Assembly: GCA_036257595.1 (NCBI GenBank)
Contig: DATAFF010000135.1
Location: forward strand, 13,858-77,857
Length of the DNA stretch: 64,000 nucleotides
From: Aestuariivirgaceae bacterium
GTDB lineage: Bacteria > Pseudomonadota > Alphaproteobacteria > Rhizobiales > Aestuariivirgaceae
Direction of reading: 5' to 3'
The notes beneath the pieces were generated by a model. The model saw only the letters and a list, made by a program, of their open reading frames with translations. It was not told the DNA's origin and did not search any database. The translations under genes were made by a program, and so were the position numbers. Shown here one piece after another: positions 32,697 to 43,071 of this stretch. Numbering within the stretch: position 1 is the first letter of the stretch; every line of letters begins with the position of its first letter.

Positions 32697-34110
32697 TGGG
32701 ACGGCGGTCCTGCCACTGGTCCATGAAGGTCCGAGCCTCGGGCGTCGGAAAGTCGCGGAAGCGCGTCCAGCCGCCGGCGAGCGGCAGCGTCGACATGCGG
32801 GGCTTGCCGCGCGACCATAGCCTGAGCGCCCGATTGCCGAGCCGCGCTACCAGCCGATAAAGCGCCGGCCGCTCGGCCAGGAAAGCCCACAGCTTGAGAC
32901 CATAGCGGGTAGCTGCCGGCTGCAGGTGGCGCTCGAATTCCCGCTCGCGCCAATGCCGCATCATGCCGGGCAGCGGAATCTTCATCGGGCAGACTTCCTC
33001 GCAGCGCCCGCAAAAAGTCGAGGCATTGGGCAGCTGACCAGCCTTGTCGAGACCGACCAGCGATGGCGTGAGCACCGCTCCCATCGGGCCGGGGTAAACC
33101 CAGCCATAGGCGTGACCGCCGACCGCTTGGTAGACCGGGCAATGATTGAGGCATGCGCCGCAGCGGATGCAGCGTAGCATCGGCTGGAACGGCGTGCCGA
33201 GCATGGCGCTGCGCCCATTGTCGAGCAGGATCACGTGATATTCTTGCGGCCCGTCGGGATCCCCGGGCCGCCGCGGACCGGTCGAGAAGGTGGTGTAGCA
33301 CGACATCTCCTGGCCGGTCGCCGAGCGCGCCAGGAGCCGCAGCAGCGTCGCCACATCCTCGAGCGTCGGCACCAGCTTGTCGATCGTCGTGAGCACCAGA
33401 TGGGCCTTCGGCAATATCTGGGTGAGATCGCCATTGCCCTCATTGGTCACGATGATCGAGGTGCCGGTCTCCACCACCAGGAAGTTTGCGCCGGTGATGC
33501 CCATGTCGGCGGCGATGAACTTCTCCCTGAGCACCAGCCGCGCCTCATGGACGAGCTTGGCCGCTTCGTCGAGATTGCGCTCGCGCGGCAGATGGGCATG
33601 CGCCTGGCGGAAATCGGCTTCGACCTGGTCGCGCGTCAGATGCACGGCGGGAGCGATGATGTGGCTCGGATGCTCGCCCCGCAGTTGGATGATGTACTCC
33701 CCGAGATCGGTTTCGACCGGCTGAATGCCGGCTGCCGACAGCGCCTCGTTGAGCTCGATCTCCTCGCCGACCATCGACTTGCCCTTGGTGACGCTGCGGG
33801 CCCCGAGCCGTCGCGCAATCGCGATGATGATCCGCTTTGCCTCCTCCCCATCGGCGGCGAAATGGACATGGCCGCCGCTCGCCTTGACCTTGGCCTCGTA
33901 GCGCTCGAGATAGAGATCGAGATGGGCGAGCGTGTGATCCTTGATCGCCCGCGCCTGCTCGCGCAGCGCCTCGAACTCCGGCAGCCGGTCGCGCGCCAGG
34001 AGACGCTTTTGGATGAAGCCGCGCGGCACGTTCTCGAGCGCCCGCTGCAGCGCGGCATCGTGGAGCGCCCGTGTGGCATTCTCCTTGAACGCGCTGCTCG
34101 TCGTCTCCAT
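32689..34110 (-). CDS. lutB: Lactate utilization protein B (4Fe-4S)
   Basis: Trimmed to ATG 34110, which overlaps the lutA stop as ATGA. Contains CIRCGACLNHCPVY and CGRCEEVCPMKI. Confidence 0.88.
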   Translation of the reverse strand: METTSSAFKENATRALHDAALQRALENVPRGFIQKRLLARDRLPEFEALREQARAIKDHTLAHLDLYLERYEAKVKASGGHVHFAADGEEAKRIIIAIARRLGARSVTKGKSMVGEEIELNEALSAAGIQPVETDLGEYIIQLRGEHPSHIIAPAVHLTRDQVEADFRQAHAHLPRERNLDEAAKLVHEARLVLREKFIAADMGITGANFLVVETGTSIIVTNEGNGDLTQILPKAHLVLTTIDKLVPTLEDVATLLRLLARSATGQEMSCYTTFSTGPRRPGDPDGPQEYHVILLDNGRSAMLGTPFQPMLRCIRCGACLNHCPVYQAVGGHAYGWVYPGPMGAVLTPSLVGLDKAGQLPNASTFCGRCEEVCPMKIPLPGMMRHWREREFERHLQPAATRYGLKLWAFLAERPALYRLVARLGNRALRLWSRGKPRMSTLPLAGGWTRFRDFPTPEARTFMDQWQDRRPNG

Positions 34111-34880
34111 CAGGCGCGATCTCCCCCGCCGATCGGCGGGCCGCCGGTCTCGCCGGCCAGCACCTCTGCGACATGCCGCACCTCTATGCGAGACCCCTCG
34201 CGCGACAGCTTGCCCGCCATGTTGATCAGGCACCCGAGATCGCCGGCCAGCAGCACCTCGGCGCCGCTCGCCGTTACATTGGCGATCTTCTTGCGCACCA
34301 TGTCGTTGGAGATCTCGGAATATTTGACGCAGAAGGTGCCGCCGAAGCCGCAGCACACCTCCGCATCCTTCATCTCGGCGACCTTCAACCCCTTGACCTT
34401 GGCGAGCAGCCGGCGCGGCTGGCTGCGGATGTCGAGCTCGCGCAAACCCGAGCAGCTGTCGTGATAGGTCACCAGCTTGGGGTAGTCGGCATCGATCTCG
34501 CCGACCCCCATCACATCGACGAGGAACGACACGAGCTCATGGGAACGCTCAGCCAGCGCTTCCGCCCGGAACCGGTCGTCCGAGCCTTCGGGAAACAGCG
34601 GCGGGTAATGCTTGCGGATCATCCCCGCGCAGGAGCCGGACGGTGCCACCAGATAGTCCATGTCCTCGAAGGCGGCGATCGTCTGCCGCGCCAGGACGGC
34701 GGTGTCGCGACGATCGCCCGAATTGTAGGCCGGTTGCCCGCAGCAGGTCTGGGTCGGCGGGACCTCGACGATGCAGCCGGCTTTCTCGAGCAGCTTCACC
34801 GCCGCAAAGCCGATGGATGGCCGCAGCAGATCGACAAGGCAGGTCACGAACAAACCGACGCGCGGCTTCCGCCCGAGCAT
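34110..34880 (-). CDS. lutA: Lactate utilization protein A (CCG-domain Fe-S oxidoreductase)
   Basis: RVGLFVTCLVDLLRP...CCGQPAYNSG...CCGFGGTF. Confidence 0.88.
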   Translation of the reverse strand: MLGRKPRVGLFVTCLVDLLRPSIGFAAVKLLEKAGCIVEVPPTQTCCGQPAYNSGDRRDTAVLARQTIAAFEDMDYLVAPSGSCAGMIRKHYPPLFPEGSDDRFRAEALAERSHELVSFLVDVMGVGEIDADYPKLVTYHDSCSGLRELDIRSQPRRLLAKVKGLKVAEMKDAEVCCGFGGTFCVKYSEISNDMVRKKIANVTASGAEVLLAGDLGCLINMAGKLSREGSRIEVRHVAEVLAGETGGPPIGGGDRA

Positions 34881-34972
34881 TCCGGACTCTCCGACAATGA
34901 CTCGAGCCGTTATTGCACCGCCAGCTCACGGCGTGCAATCGCCTTTCCGGCAGGGCTGCCCGATGGTGGATC

Positions 34973-35356
34973 TTACTGTCCCGGCGGGGTCTTCAAATAG
35001 GCGATCACATCGGCAAGCTCGTCATCCTTCTTGAGGCCGACGAACACCATCTTGTTGCCGGGGATGAATCCCTTGGGGTCCTTGAGATAGGCCGCGAGGT
35101 TCTCGTCGGTCCATGTCAGCCCCTCCTCGCCCTTCTTCTTCATCGCGTCGGAGTATTTGAAACCATCGACCGAGCCGGCCTTGCGCCCGGCCACATCGCC
35201 GAGATGCGGCCCCACCTTGTTGGTCTTTGCGTCGTGGACGTGGCACACCTGGCACCGCTTGAACACGTTCTTGCCCTTCTCGGCATCCCCCTGGGCCATA
35301 GCCGGCGCGGACACGGTGAGAAGTGCGAATGCGGCCAGCGCAATCCTGAGTTTCAT
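34973..35356 (-). CDS. Soluble class I c-type cytochrome (c2/c550-like)
   Basis: Only the C-terminal 127 aa of the 681-aa track ORF is real. It has the signal MKLRIALAAFALLTVSAPAMAQG, the heme site CQVCH and the axial Met in PGNKMVF. Confidence 0.85.
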   Translation of the reverse strand: MKLRIALAAFALLTVSAPAMAQGDAEKGKNVFKRCQVCHVHDAKTNKVGPHLGDVAGRKAGSVDGFKYSDAMKKKGEEGLTWTDENLAAYLKDPKGFIPGNKMVFVGLKKDDELADVIAYLKTPPGQ

Positions 35357-35503
35357 GCGAACGTCTCCCTCCTTGCGATGCACCGAAATCGCGCATCTTC
35401 TCAACCTTCGTGTTCTGATAAATTGATGTACCATCGGCTGGTGCCACGCTCGGACGGGACGTTTTGTCGCGCTCCGACAAAGCTGTAGCGGATCAAGACC
35501 GTC

Positions 35504-37000
35504 ATGACACGTCTGAAAATGCCCGCTCCCGATCAGGCGACGCTCGCGCGCCGCGGCGAGATCGTCGCTGCCTTGCGCCGCATCGTGCCGGGCGAAGGCG
35601 TCATCGACACTGAGGCGCAGCTCCGTGCCTATGAGACCGACGGGCTCACCGCCTATCGCCAGGTTCCCATGGTTGCGGTGCTCCCGGACTCGGTCGACCA
35701 GGTCAGGCAGATCCTGAAGCACTGCCATGCCAACGACATCCGGGTGGTGCCGCGCGGCGGCGGCACCGGCCTTTCCGGTGGCGCCCTGCCGCTGGCCGAT
35801 GCCGTGTTGCTCGGCATGTCGAAATTCAACCGCATCCTCGACATCGATTACGAGAACCGCTGCGCGACCGTCGAGCCGGGCGTGACCAACCTCGCCATCA
35901 CCACGGCGGTCGAGGACCGCGGCTTCTATTACGCGCCCGATCCCTCCTCGCAGATCGCCTGCTCGATCGGCGGCAATGTCGCGGAGAATTCCGGCGGCGT
36001 GCACTGCCTGAAATACGGCCTCACCGCCAACAACCTGCTCGGCATCGAGATCGCGCTGATCACCGGCGAGCTGATCAGCCTCGGCGGCAAGCATCTCGAC
36101 AGCGAGGCCTACGATCTCATGGGCGTGGTCACCGGCTCCGAGGGACTGCTCGGCGTCGTCACCCAGGTCACCGTCCGCATCCTGCGCAAGCCCGAAACCG
36201 CCCGCGCGCTCCTGATCGGCTTCCCCGAGATCGAGGCTGCCGGCCAATGCGTCGCCGACGTGATCTCGCACGGCATCATCCCGGCCGGGATGGAGATGAT
36301 GGACCGCCTCGCCATCGCCGCAACCGAGGACTTCGTCCATGCTGGTTACCCCCTCGATGTCGATGCCTTGCTGATCGTCGAGCTCGACGGGCCGCTGCCC
36401 GAGGTCGAGCATCTGATCGGGCGGGTGAGCGATATCGCGCAGGCGAACCGCGCCTCGCTGGTGCGCGCCTCGACCTCGGAGGAGGAGCGGCTCAAATTCT
36501 GGGCCGGACGCAAGGCAGCCTTCCCGGCCGTCGGGCGGATATCGCCGGACTATCTCTGCATGGACGGCACCATTCCCCGCAAGAATCTCCCGGCCGTGCT
36601 CAGCGCCATGAGCGATCTCTCGGCCAAATATGGCCTGGCCTGCGCCAATGTCTTTCACGCCGGCGACGGCAATCTCCATCCGCTCATCCTGTTCGATGCC
36701 GGCGAGGAGGACCAGCTCGAGCGCGCCGAGGAATTCGGTGCCGAGATCCTGAAGCTCTGTGTTCGGATGGGCGGCGTGCTGACCGGCGAGCACGGGGTCG
36801 GCGTCGAGAAGCGCGACCTCATGGGCGACATGTTCAGCGAGGTCGACCTCGCCCATCAGGAGCGGCTCAAATGCGCCTTCGACACCAAGGGCCTGCTCAA
36901 TCCCGGCAAGATGTTCCCGGTGCTGCATCGCTGCGCCGAGCTCGGCCGCATGCATGTCCACCGCGGCAACCTGCCATTCGCCGACATTCCGAGGTTCTGA
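35504..37000 (+). CDS. glcD: Glycolate oxidase FAD-linked subunit
   Basis: 498 aa with an FAD-binding PCMH fold, VVPRGGGTGLSGGALP. Confidence 0.92.
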   Translation: MTRLKMPAPDQATLARRGEIVAALRRIVPGEGVIDTEAQLRAYETDGLTAYRQVPMVAVLPDSVDQVRQILKHCHANDIRVVPRGGGTGLSGGALPLADAVLLGMSKFNRILDIDYENRCATVEPGVTNLAITTAVEDRGFYYAPDPSSQIACSIGGNVAENSGGVHCLKYGLTANNLLGIEIALITGELISLGGKHLDSEAYDLMGVVTGSEGLLGVVTQVTVRILRKPETARALLIGFPEIEAAGQCVADVISHGIIPAGMEMMDRLAIAATEDFVHAGYPLDVDALLIVELDGPLPEVEHLIGRVSDIAQANRASLVRASTSEEERLKFWAGRKAAFPAVGRISPDYLCMDGTIPRKNLPAVLSAMSDLSAKYGLACANVFHAGDGNLHPLILFDAGEEDQLERAEEFGAEILKLCVRMGGVLTGEHGVGVEKRDLMGDMFSEVDLAHQERLKCAFDTKGLLNPGKMFPVLHRCAELGRMHVHRGNLPFADIPRF

Positions 37001-37004
37001 CGAC

Positions 37005-38219
37005 GTGACCGAGGTCAAGCCTGAGGATCAGGGCGGGGTCACCGATGCCATTCTGACGGCGATCGCCGAACGAGCCCCGATGGAGATCGTCGGCTCCGCC
37101 ACCATGCGCACCATCGGCCGACCGCTTGCGACACCCGTGAAGCTCGATCTCTCGGGTCTCGCCGGGCTCAATTTCTACGAGCCCGAGGAGCTGGTCCTGT
37201 CGGCCAAGGCCGGCACCCGGCGAAGCGCGATCGACGAGCTGCTGCGGGGCCGCCGCCAGGCCTTCGCCTTCGAGCCTCCCGATCTCGCGCGCCTTCTCGG
37301 CAGCAATCAGGGCGGCACGCTCGGCGGCATGATTGCCGCCAATCTGTCGGGTCCGCGCCGCATCAGGTCGGGCGCCCTGCGCGATCACATTCTCGGCTTC
37401 TCCGCCGTCTCCGGCCGCGGCGAAGCCTTCAAATGCGGCGGCCGGGTGATGAAGAACGTGACCGGCTATGATCTCCCCAAGCTCATGGCGGGGTCCTGGG
37501 GAACGCTCTGTGCACTGACCGAAGTGACGATGAAGGTGATGCCGGCGCCGGAAACCACCGCGACGCTGCTGCTGTTCGGCTTCAACGACGAGGATGCCGG
37601 AGCGGCAATGCGCGACGCCATGCGCTCACCCCTCGACATCGCGGGCGCCGCCCATCTTCCCGTCGATGTCGCCCGCGCCTCCGCCCTGGCCGACATCGCC
37701 AATGCCGGCACGTCGGTCACCTTGTTGCGACTCGAGGGGTTCGGCGAGTCCGTCGCCTTCCGGCTGGCCGAGTTGCAGGCCAGGTTCACCGCCGAGCGGT
37801 CCGTGCTTGACCCGCAGCGCTCCGAGACAGCCTGGAGCGAGATCCGCGACGTGCATATGCTCGCCGCGCCGCGCGAGCGCATCGTCTGGCGCGTTTCGCT
37901 CCCGCCGAGCGACGGTCCGCGGGCCATGAATCACATCCGCACCGCCGCACCCGCGGCCATCGGCTATTATGACTGGGCAGGCGGGCTGCTGTGGGTGTCC
38001 GTGCCGCTCTCCGAGCACGGCTCGGCGCAGGTCGTCCGTGGCGCCATCCCGCCGGCAACCGGCCATGCGACTTTGATCCGCGGTCCCGAAAGCCTGCGCG
38101 CATCGGTGTTCGTCTTCGAGCCGCTTCCGGATCCCCTGGCCAAGCTGACCCAAAGGGTAAAGCAGGCATTCGATCCGTCCGGGGTTCTCAATCCCGGCCG
38201 CATGTACCATTTTGCCTGA
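37005..38219 (+). CDS. glcE: Glycolate oxidase FAD-binding subunit
   Basis: Start set to the in-frame GTG 37005, just after the glcD stop. FAD-binding-like domain, positioned between glcD and glcF. Confidence 0.8.
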   Translation: MTEVKPEDQGGVTDAILTAIAERAPMEIVGSATMRTIGRPLATPVKLDLSGLAGLNFYEPEELVLSAKAGTRRSAIDELLRGRRQAFAFEPPDLARLLGSNQGGTLGGMIAANLSGPRRIRSGALRDHILGFSAVSGRGEAFKCGGRVMKNVTGYDLPKLMAGSWGTLCALTEVTMKVMPAPETTATLLLFGFNDEDAGAAMRDAMRSPLDIAGAAHLPVDVARASALADIANAGTSVTLLRLEGFGESVAFRLAELQARFTAERSVLDPQRSETAWSEIRDVHMLAAPRERIVWRVSLPPSDGPRAMNHIRTAAPAAIGYYDWAGGLLWVSVPLSEHGSAQVVRGAIPPATGHATLIRGPESLRASVFVFEPLPDPLAKLTQRVKQAFDPSGVLNPGRMYHFA

Positions 38220-38223
38220 AACC

Positions 38224-39519
38224 ATGCAGACCCACTTCACCGCCGCCCAGCTCTCCGACCCGAAGATCGCCGAATCCAATGCGATCATCCGCAAATGCGT
38301 CCATTGCGGTTTCTGCACCGCGACCTGCCCCACCTATGTCCTGCTCGGCGATGAGCTCGATTCGCCGCGCGGCCGCATCTACCTGATCAAGGGAATGCTC
38401 GAGAGCGGCGCGCCGGTGACCGCCGACGTCGTGCGTCATCTCGATCGCTGCCTCTCCTGCCTGAGCTGCGTGACGACCTGCCCGTCCGGCGTGAACTACA
38501 TGCATCTGATCGATGCCGCGCGGGTGCATGTCGAAGAGAAATTCAGCCGGCCGCCGATCGATCGCGCCATCAGGTTCATGATAGCGCAGATCATTCCCGA
38601 GCCTGGGCGCTTCCGGATCGCCGCCGAGCTGGCCAAGGTGGCACGTCCCTTTGCGGCTTTGCTCCGTAGGATACCCGCCCTCGCGCCGCTCGCGGCGATG
38701 CTCGAGCTGGCGCCTGCCAGATTTCCTCCCGTCGATCCCGATGCGCAGCCGGGCGTTCACCCCGCCACCGGCGAGCGCCGCTACAGGGTCGGGCTGCTGG
38801 CAGGCTGCGTCCAGAGCGTGCTCATGCCGCAGATCAACGCCGCAACGGTCCGCCTGCTCAACCGTCTTGGCGCCGATGTCGTCATTCCGCCCGGTCTCGG
38901 CTGCTGCGGCGCTCTCACGCATCACATGGGCCGCGAGCGCGACGCGCTGCAACGTGCCGGCACCAGCATCGACATCTGGCTCAAGGAGAGCGCCGAAGCC
39001 CCGCTCGATGCCATCGTCGCCAATGCCTCGGGCTGCGGCACCATGCTCAAGACCTATGATCACCTGCTGCGCCAGGATGCCGGCAAGCGCGACGGCGCCC
39101 GCACCGTGTCGCGCCTCGCCGTCGATATCAGCGAGCTCGCTCTGCGTCTGGGTTATCGCGGTGAGGCGCCGCGGCGTCTGCGGGTTGCCTATCAATCGGC
39201 CTGCTCGCTGCAGCACGGCCAGAAGGTGACGCGCGAGCCGGTGGCGCTGCTCGAAGCTGCCGGCTTCGAGGTGGTGACGGTGCCTGAAGGCCATCTCTGC
39301 TGCGGCTCGGCCGGCACCTACAATCTGCTTCAGCCGGCCATCGCCACGCGTCTGCGCGACCGCAAGATAGCCAATATCGCGAGCACGCGGCCGGACGTGA
39401 TCGCGTCAGGCAATATCGGCTGCATCACCCAGATCGGCTCTGGCACCACGATCCCGATCGTGCACACGGTCGAGCTGCTCGACTGGGCCTCAGGTGGGCC
39501 GATGCCGGAGAAGCTGAAA

Positions 39520-39522
<3 letters not shown>
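38224..39522 (+). CDS. glcF: Glycolate oxidase iron-sulfur subunit
   Basis: CVHCGFCTATCPTY and CLSCLSCVTTCPSG clusters plus CCG domains. Its TAG stop is the first unit of the heptamer element. Confidence 0.9.
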
Positions 39523-39622
<100 letters not shown>

Positions 39623-39784
39623 TCCTTAAGCATAATCAGAAAAACTCCTGCTCCACCTTGACGGATTGAGAACCAAATCGTCGTAAGCTGCCGAACCGAT
39701 GACGGCGGCCTGTCTCAAACGCATTCAATCGATAGCGCTCTCGATGCGTGCCGCCCGACGACGGACACGGGGCTGAGAGACTTC

Positions 39785-42556
39785 ATGCGACCATCGCGAC
39801 GCGAATTCGTGAAGTGGGTCACGACGAGCGGCATTGCCGTGGGCCTGTCCCGCTTTGCCGCCGCCGATGTGCCCGATTTCGCCGCTCGCGAGACATTGCC
39901 GGGGCGCCGTCCAGGCCTTACCGGTCGCGTCACGGGCCGCATCGATGGCATCGCCAAGGTCACTGGAGCGAAGCTCTATGCCTCCGATTTTCGGGCAGCG
40001 GACCTTCCCGGCTGGCCGCCAAGCACCTCCCACGCAATGCTGGTGCGGGCGCCGGATGCCTCGCACATCTATGAGGGCCTCAATCTCGGACTGTTTCCCG
40101 ACAATGCAAAGCCGACGGTTATCGTTACTGCTGACGACCTCGCACGCATCAACATCCATGTGCCCGGCTTTTATACAGGCGACCTGTTCTGCCCCACTGG
40201 CAAGACGGCGATCTATCTCGGTCAGCCCGTAGCGCTCCTGCTGTTCGAGACATTCGACACTTTCGATCGAGCGCGTCTCGTGCTGCGCGAGAAGAGCCTT
40301 TTCAAGTTCGGGGCCGAGACCGGACCGGTGCCGATGCCCAATTATGGAGCTTGGCGCTTCACCCGCATTGCCGGCCCGACGCCTGGCTCGCCCGACGTCT
40401 ACTCCCCGCTCGATGAAGGCTGGGTCAGTCCCGGCTATTTCGAGAGCTCGGGACGGCCGATCTGGAAGCCGCTGCCGCTTGCCAAGGGTGCATCCTATGC
40501 CAAGGGTGCGACCTATGGCGAGGAGGTCCGAAAGCAGCTCGCGACCAACGATCCGGCACTGCTGGTGCTTGAACGCGATTTCGAGACTCAGTCGGTCGAC
40601 CCGCTGTTCCTCGAGCCCGAAAGCGGACTTGCCTGGTATGACGGCGACAGTCGCAGGCTCGAGCTGGTGCTCGGCGTCCAGTCGCCTTTCGAAGCGGCCC
40701 ACGCCATCGCCGACCTCCTCGGCGAAGCGACAGCAGCGTTCAAACCTTCGGAGGTCAAGGCACATTTCGCCTATATGGGCGGCGGCTTCGGTGGTCGTGA
40801 TCACACGCCCTTCCCCCTCTACGTCGCCCTCGCGGCGCTGTTCCTCCCCGGCCGGCCGGTTCGCCTGGCCCATGACCGCTACCAGCAGTTTCAGGGCGGC
40901 ATCAAGCGACACGCCTTCAAGATCCATAGTCAGATCGGCGTTGATCGGGAGACAGGCAGGATTGTCGCCTTCGCTGCCGACCATGTTCTCGACGGAGGCG
41001 GCCTCGCCAATTACTCGGGAAGCGTGGCGGTGGTCGGCGCCACCGGCGCGATCGGCATCTACGACGTTCCAAAGGTCGACGTCACCACCGTGGCGCTTCA
41101 CTCGCGTGGCGTGACCGCCGGCTCGATGCGCGGCTACGGCACGCTGCAGACAATGACGGCGCTGGAAGTGCTGATCGATGAAGTGGCCACAGCCTTGCCG
41201 CTCGATCCCATCGAGTTCCGCCGGCGTAACGCGCTTGAAACCGGCGGGCGGACCATGACCGGAAACGCCTACACAGTCTCGATTCGCACGCCCGAGATTC
41301 TCGACAAGCTGGAGACTAACCCGATCTGGAGAAATCGCCTCGAGGCGAAGACGCAAGCCCGCGAGGGATTCGTAGTCGGAACCGGCGTGGCCTGCGTGAC
41401 CAAGGATTACGGCACCGGCGCCGACAGTTCCCTCGGAATGGTCACCATCGATCCCGAAGGTCACATTCAGATCCATGCCGATGCCACCGAGATAGGCAAC
41501 GGCATCGGAACGGCTCTCGCCAGTCGCGCCGCCGGTTTTCTTGGCGCCATTGCCGATGAAGTCAGGGTCGCTGAGATCGAGGTGTTCAACGCTCTCGATC
41601 TTGTGAGCTCTGGCAATGCTTATTCCATGACGCAGGCCGACCAGGACGAAGCCGCCGAGAACCCGCGCTGGGTGCCGGCGATCAGCTCGGCGACCGCCGC
41701 CTCGAGCGGTGCCCATGTCGGCACTCAGGCGGTGACCGAAGCAGCGCGGGTTGTGTTCCGTTTCGGGCTGTGGCCGGCTGCTCTCGCGCTTTGGGGGATT
41801 CCCCCGACCGACCCTCGCGCAAAACAATGGTACGAGGCATTTTGGCAGGACGAGCACCTTCTTCTCTCGGGGCTCCCGCCACTGCCTCTGTCGCAGGTAG
41901 CCGCGAAAGCTCATGCCCAGAACGGGGTCACCGGCGCCATGACGCACGCCTTTTCGCGATGGGCGTGGTCGCAGGCGACCTTCAACCTTGCCGGCGAGGA
42001 CTGGACCGCCGATATCGACTCGCTGGCCGTTCGCAATGGCACCGGCCCGTTCAACCGGCTCGATCGCACGGCGGTGGCCTTTCCGCCAACCGCCTACAAC
42101 CGGATCGGCACCGCTTTCACGTCGCTGTGTGGCACGGTCCTGCGCATCGAGATCGAGCGTGCCACCGGCTCCATTCGCATTGCCAAGGCCTATAGCGTGC
42201 TCGAATGCGGTGAAATGCTCGTTCCGCAAGTGGTGATCGGCCAGGCGCAAGGCGGCTTCGCCATGGGCGTCGGTTACGCCCTTCTCGAGACCCTGCCCCT
42301 CTATGAGGACGGTCCCGGAAATGGCCAGTGGAACCTCGGCGACTATCTCATCGCCCGCGGCTCTGACCTGCCGCTCCATGATCTCGAGATCGAGGTGCTG
42401 CCGCCCATCTCGCCGCGCGAAGGCCCGAAAGGCATGGCCGAGCTGGTGATGATCCCGGTCGTGCCGGCGTTGCTCAATGCCATCTACGACGCCACCGGCC
42501 GTCGATTCCAGTCCCTGCCGATCACCCCGGCCATGCTCAAGGGAGCGCTTGCGTGA
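39785..42556 (+). CDS. Xanthine dehydrogenase-family molybdopterin-binding subunit with Tat signal
   Basis: 923 aa. The N-terminal twin-arginine signal is MRPSRREFVKWVTTSGIAVGLSRFAAA. It also has MGGGFGGR, GSMRGYG and the active-site Glu region KGMAELVM. Confidence 0.9.
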   Translation: MRPSRREFVKWVTTSGIAVGLSRFAAADVPDFAARETLPGRRPGLTGRVTGRIDGIAKVTGAKLYASDFRAADLPGWPPSTSHAMLVRAPDASHIYEGLNLGLFPDNAKPTVIVTADDLARINIHVPGFYTGDLFCPTGKTAIYLGQPVALLLFETFDTFDRARLVLREKSLFKFGAETGPVPMPNYGAWRFTRIAGPTPGSPDVYSPLDEGWVSPGYFESSGRPIWKPLPLAKGASYAKGATYGEEVRKQLATNDPALLVLERDFETQSVDPLFLEPESGLAWYDGDSRRLELVLGVQSPFEAAHAIADLLGEATAAFKPSEVKAHFAYMGGGFGGRDHTPFPLYVALAALFLPGRPVRLAHDRYQQFQGGIKRHAFKIHSQIGVDRETGRIVAFAADHVLDGGGLANYSGSVAVVGATGAIGIYDVPKVDVTTVALHSRGVTAGSMRGYGTLQTMTALEVLIDEVATALPLDPIEFRRRNALETGGRTMTGNAYTVSIRTPEILDKLETNPIWRNRLEAKTQAREGFVVGTGVACVTKDYGTGADSSLGMVTIDPEGHIQIHADATEIGNGIGTALASRAAGFLGAIADEVRVAEIEVFNALDLVSSGNAYSMTQADQDEAAENPRWVPAISSATAASSGAHVGTQAVTEAARVVFRFGLWPAALALWGIPPTDPRAKQWYEAFWQDEHLLLSGLPPLPLSQVAAKAHAQNGVTGAMTHAFSRWAWSQATFNLAGEDWTADIDSLAVRNGTGPFNRLDRTAVAFPPTAYNRIGTAFTSLCGTVLRIEIERATGSIRIAKAYSVLECGEMLVPQVVIGQAQGGFAMGVGYALLETLPLYEDGPGNGQWNLGDYLIARGSDLPLHDLEIEVLPPISPREGPKGMAELVMIPVVPALLNAIYDATGRRFQSLPITPAMLKGALA

Positions 42557-43071
42557 CGACACTTGCCCTCACCATCAACGGCCGCGCCTACGGTCCGATG
42601 GACGTGCGCGATGAGCTGACCATGAACGACTTCCTGCGCGAAACTCTCGGCATGACCGGCACCAAATTCGGCTGCGGCGCCGCCCAGTGTCTGAGCTGCG
42701 CTGTGATCGTCGATGACCCGAACGGGACGAGCTATACGAGCCCGACCTGCATTGTTCCGGCGGTCGGCTTCAACGGCAAGTCGATCCGCACGGTCGAAGG
42801 CCACGCCAGGAATGGCGAGCTCAGCCCCCTGCAGAAAGCGTTTGTCAGTCATTTCGCTTTCCAATGCGGCTATTGCACTGCCGGTTTCCTCAATGAATCG
42901 CAGGTCCTGCTGGAGCGCCTGGCACGCAAACCGGTTCCGCGGGACAAGCTCGAGGCGACGATCACTGAGGCGCTCGACGGGCACCTCTGCCGCTGCACCG
43001 GATACATCCGCTACCATGAGGCGGTGCGCGATGTGATTCTAGCCGATCCCGAACTCTATCTCGCCCCATGA
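42553..43071 (+). CDS. (2Fe-2S)-binding small subunit of the Mo-hydroxylase
   Basis: 172 aa with CGAAQCLSC...C and QCGYCTAG...CRCTGY cluster motifs and no signal peptide. GTG start overlaps the upstream stop as GTGA. Confidence 0.9.
   Translation: MTTLALTINGRAYGPMDVRDELTMNDFLRETLGMTGTKFGCGAAQCLSCAVIVDDPNGTSYTSPTCIVPAVGFNGKSIRTVEGHARNGELSPLQKAFVSHFAFQCGYCTAGFLNESQVLLERLARKPVPRDKLEATITEALDGHLCRCTGYIRYHEAVRDVILADPELYLAP

Noticed and set aside
35357-37018. N-terminal about 550 aa of the 681-aa minus-strand ORF
   Set aside because: It is antisense to glcD. Only the last 127 aa (cytochrome c, with its own ATG and signal peptide) look real.
39623-39784. Possible Moco riboswitch or other leader upstream of the Mo-hydroxylase operon
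   Set aside because: I could not recognise the conserved Moco-motif elements by eye, only weak short stems. A covariance-model scan would be needed.
39725-42562. 945-aa minus-strand ORF
   Set aside because: It is antisense to the molybdopterin subunit gene. The plus-strand product has clear family motifs and a Tat signal.
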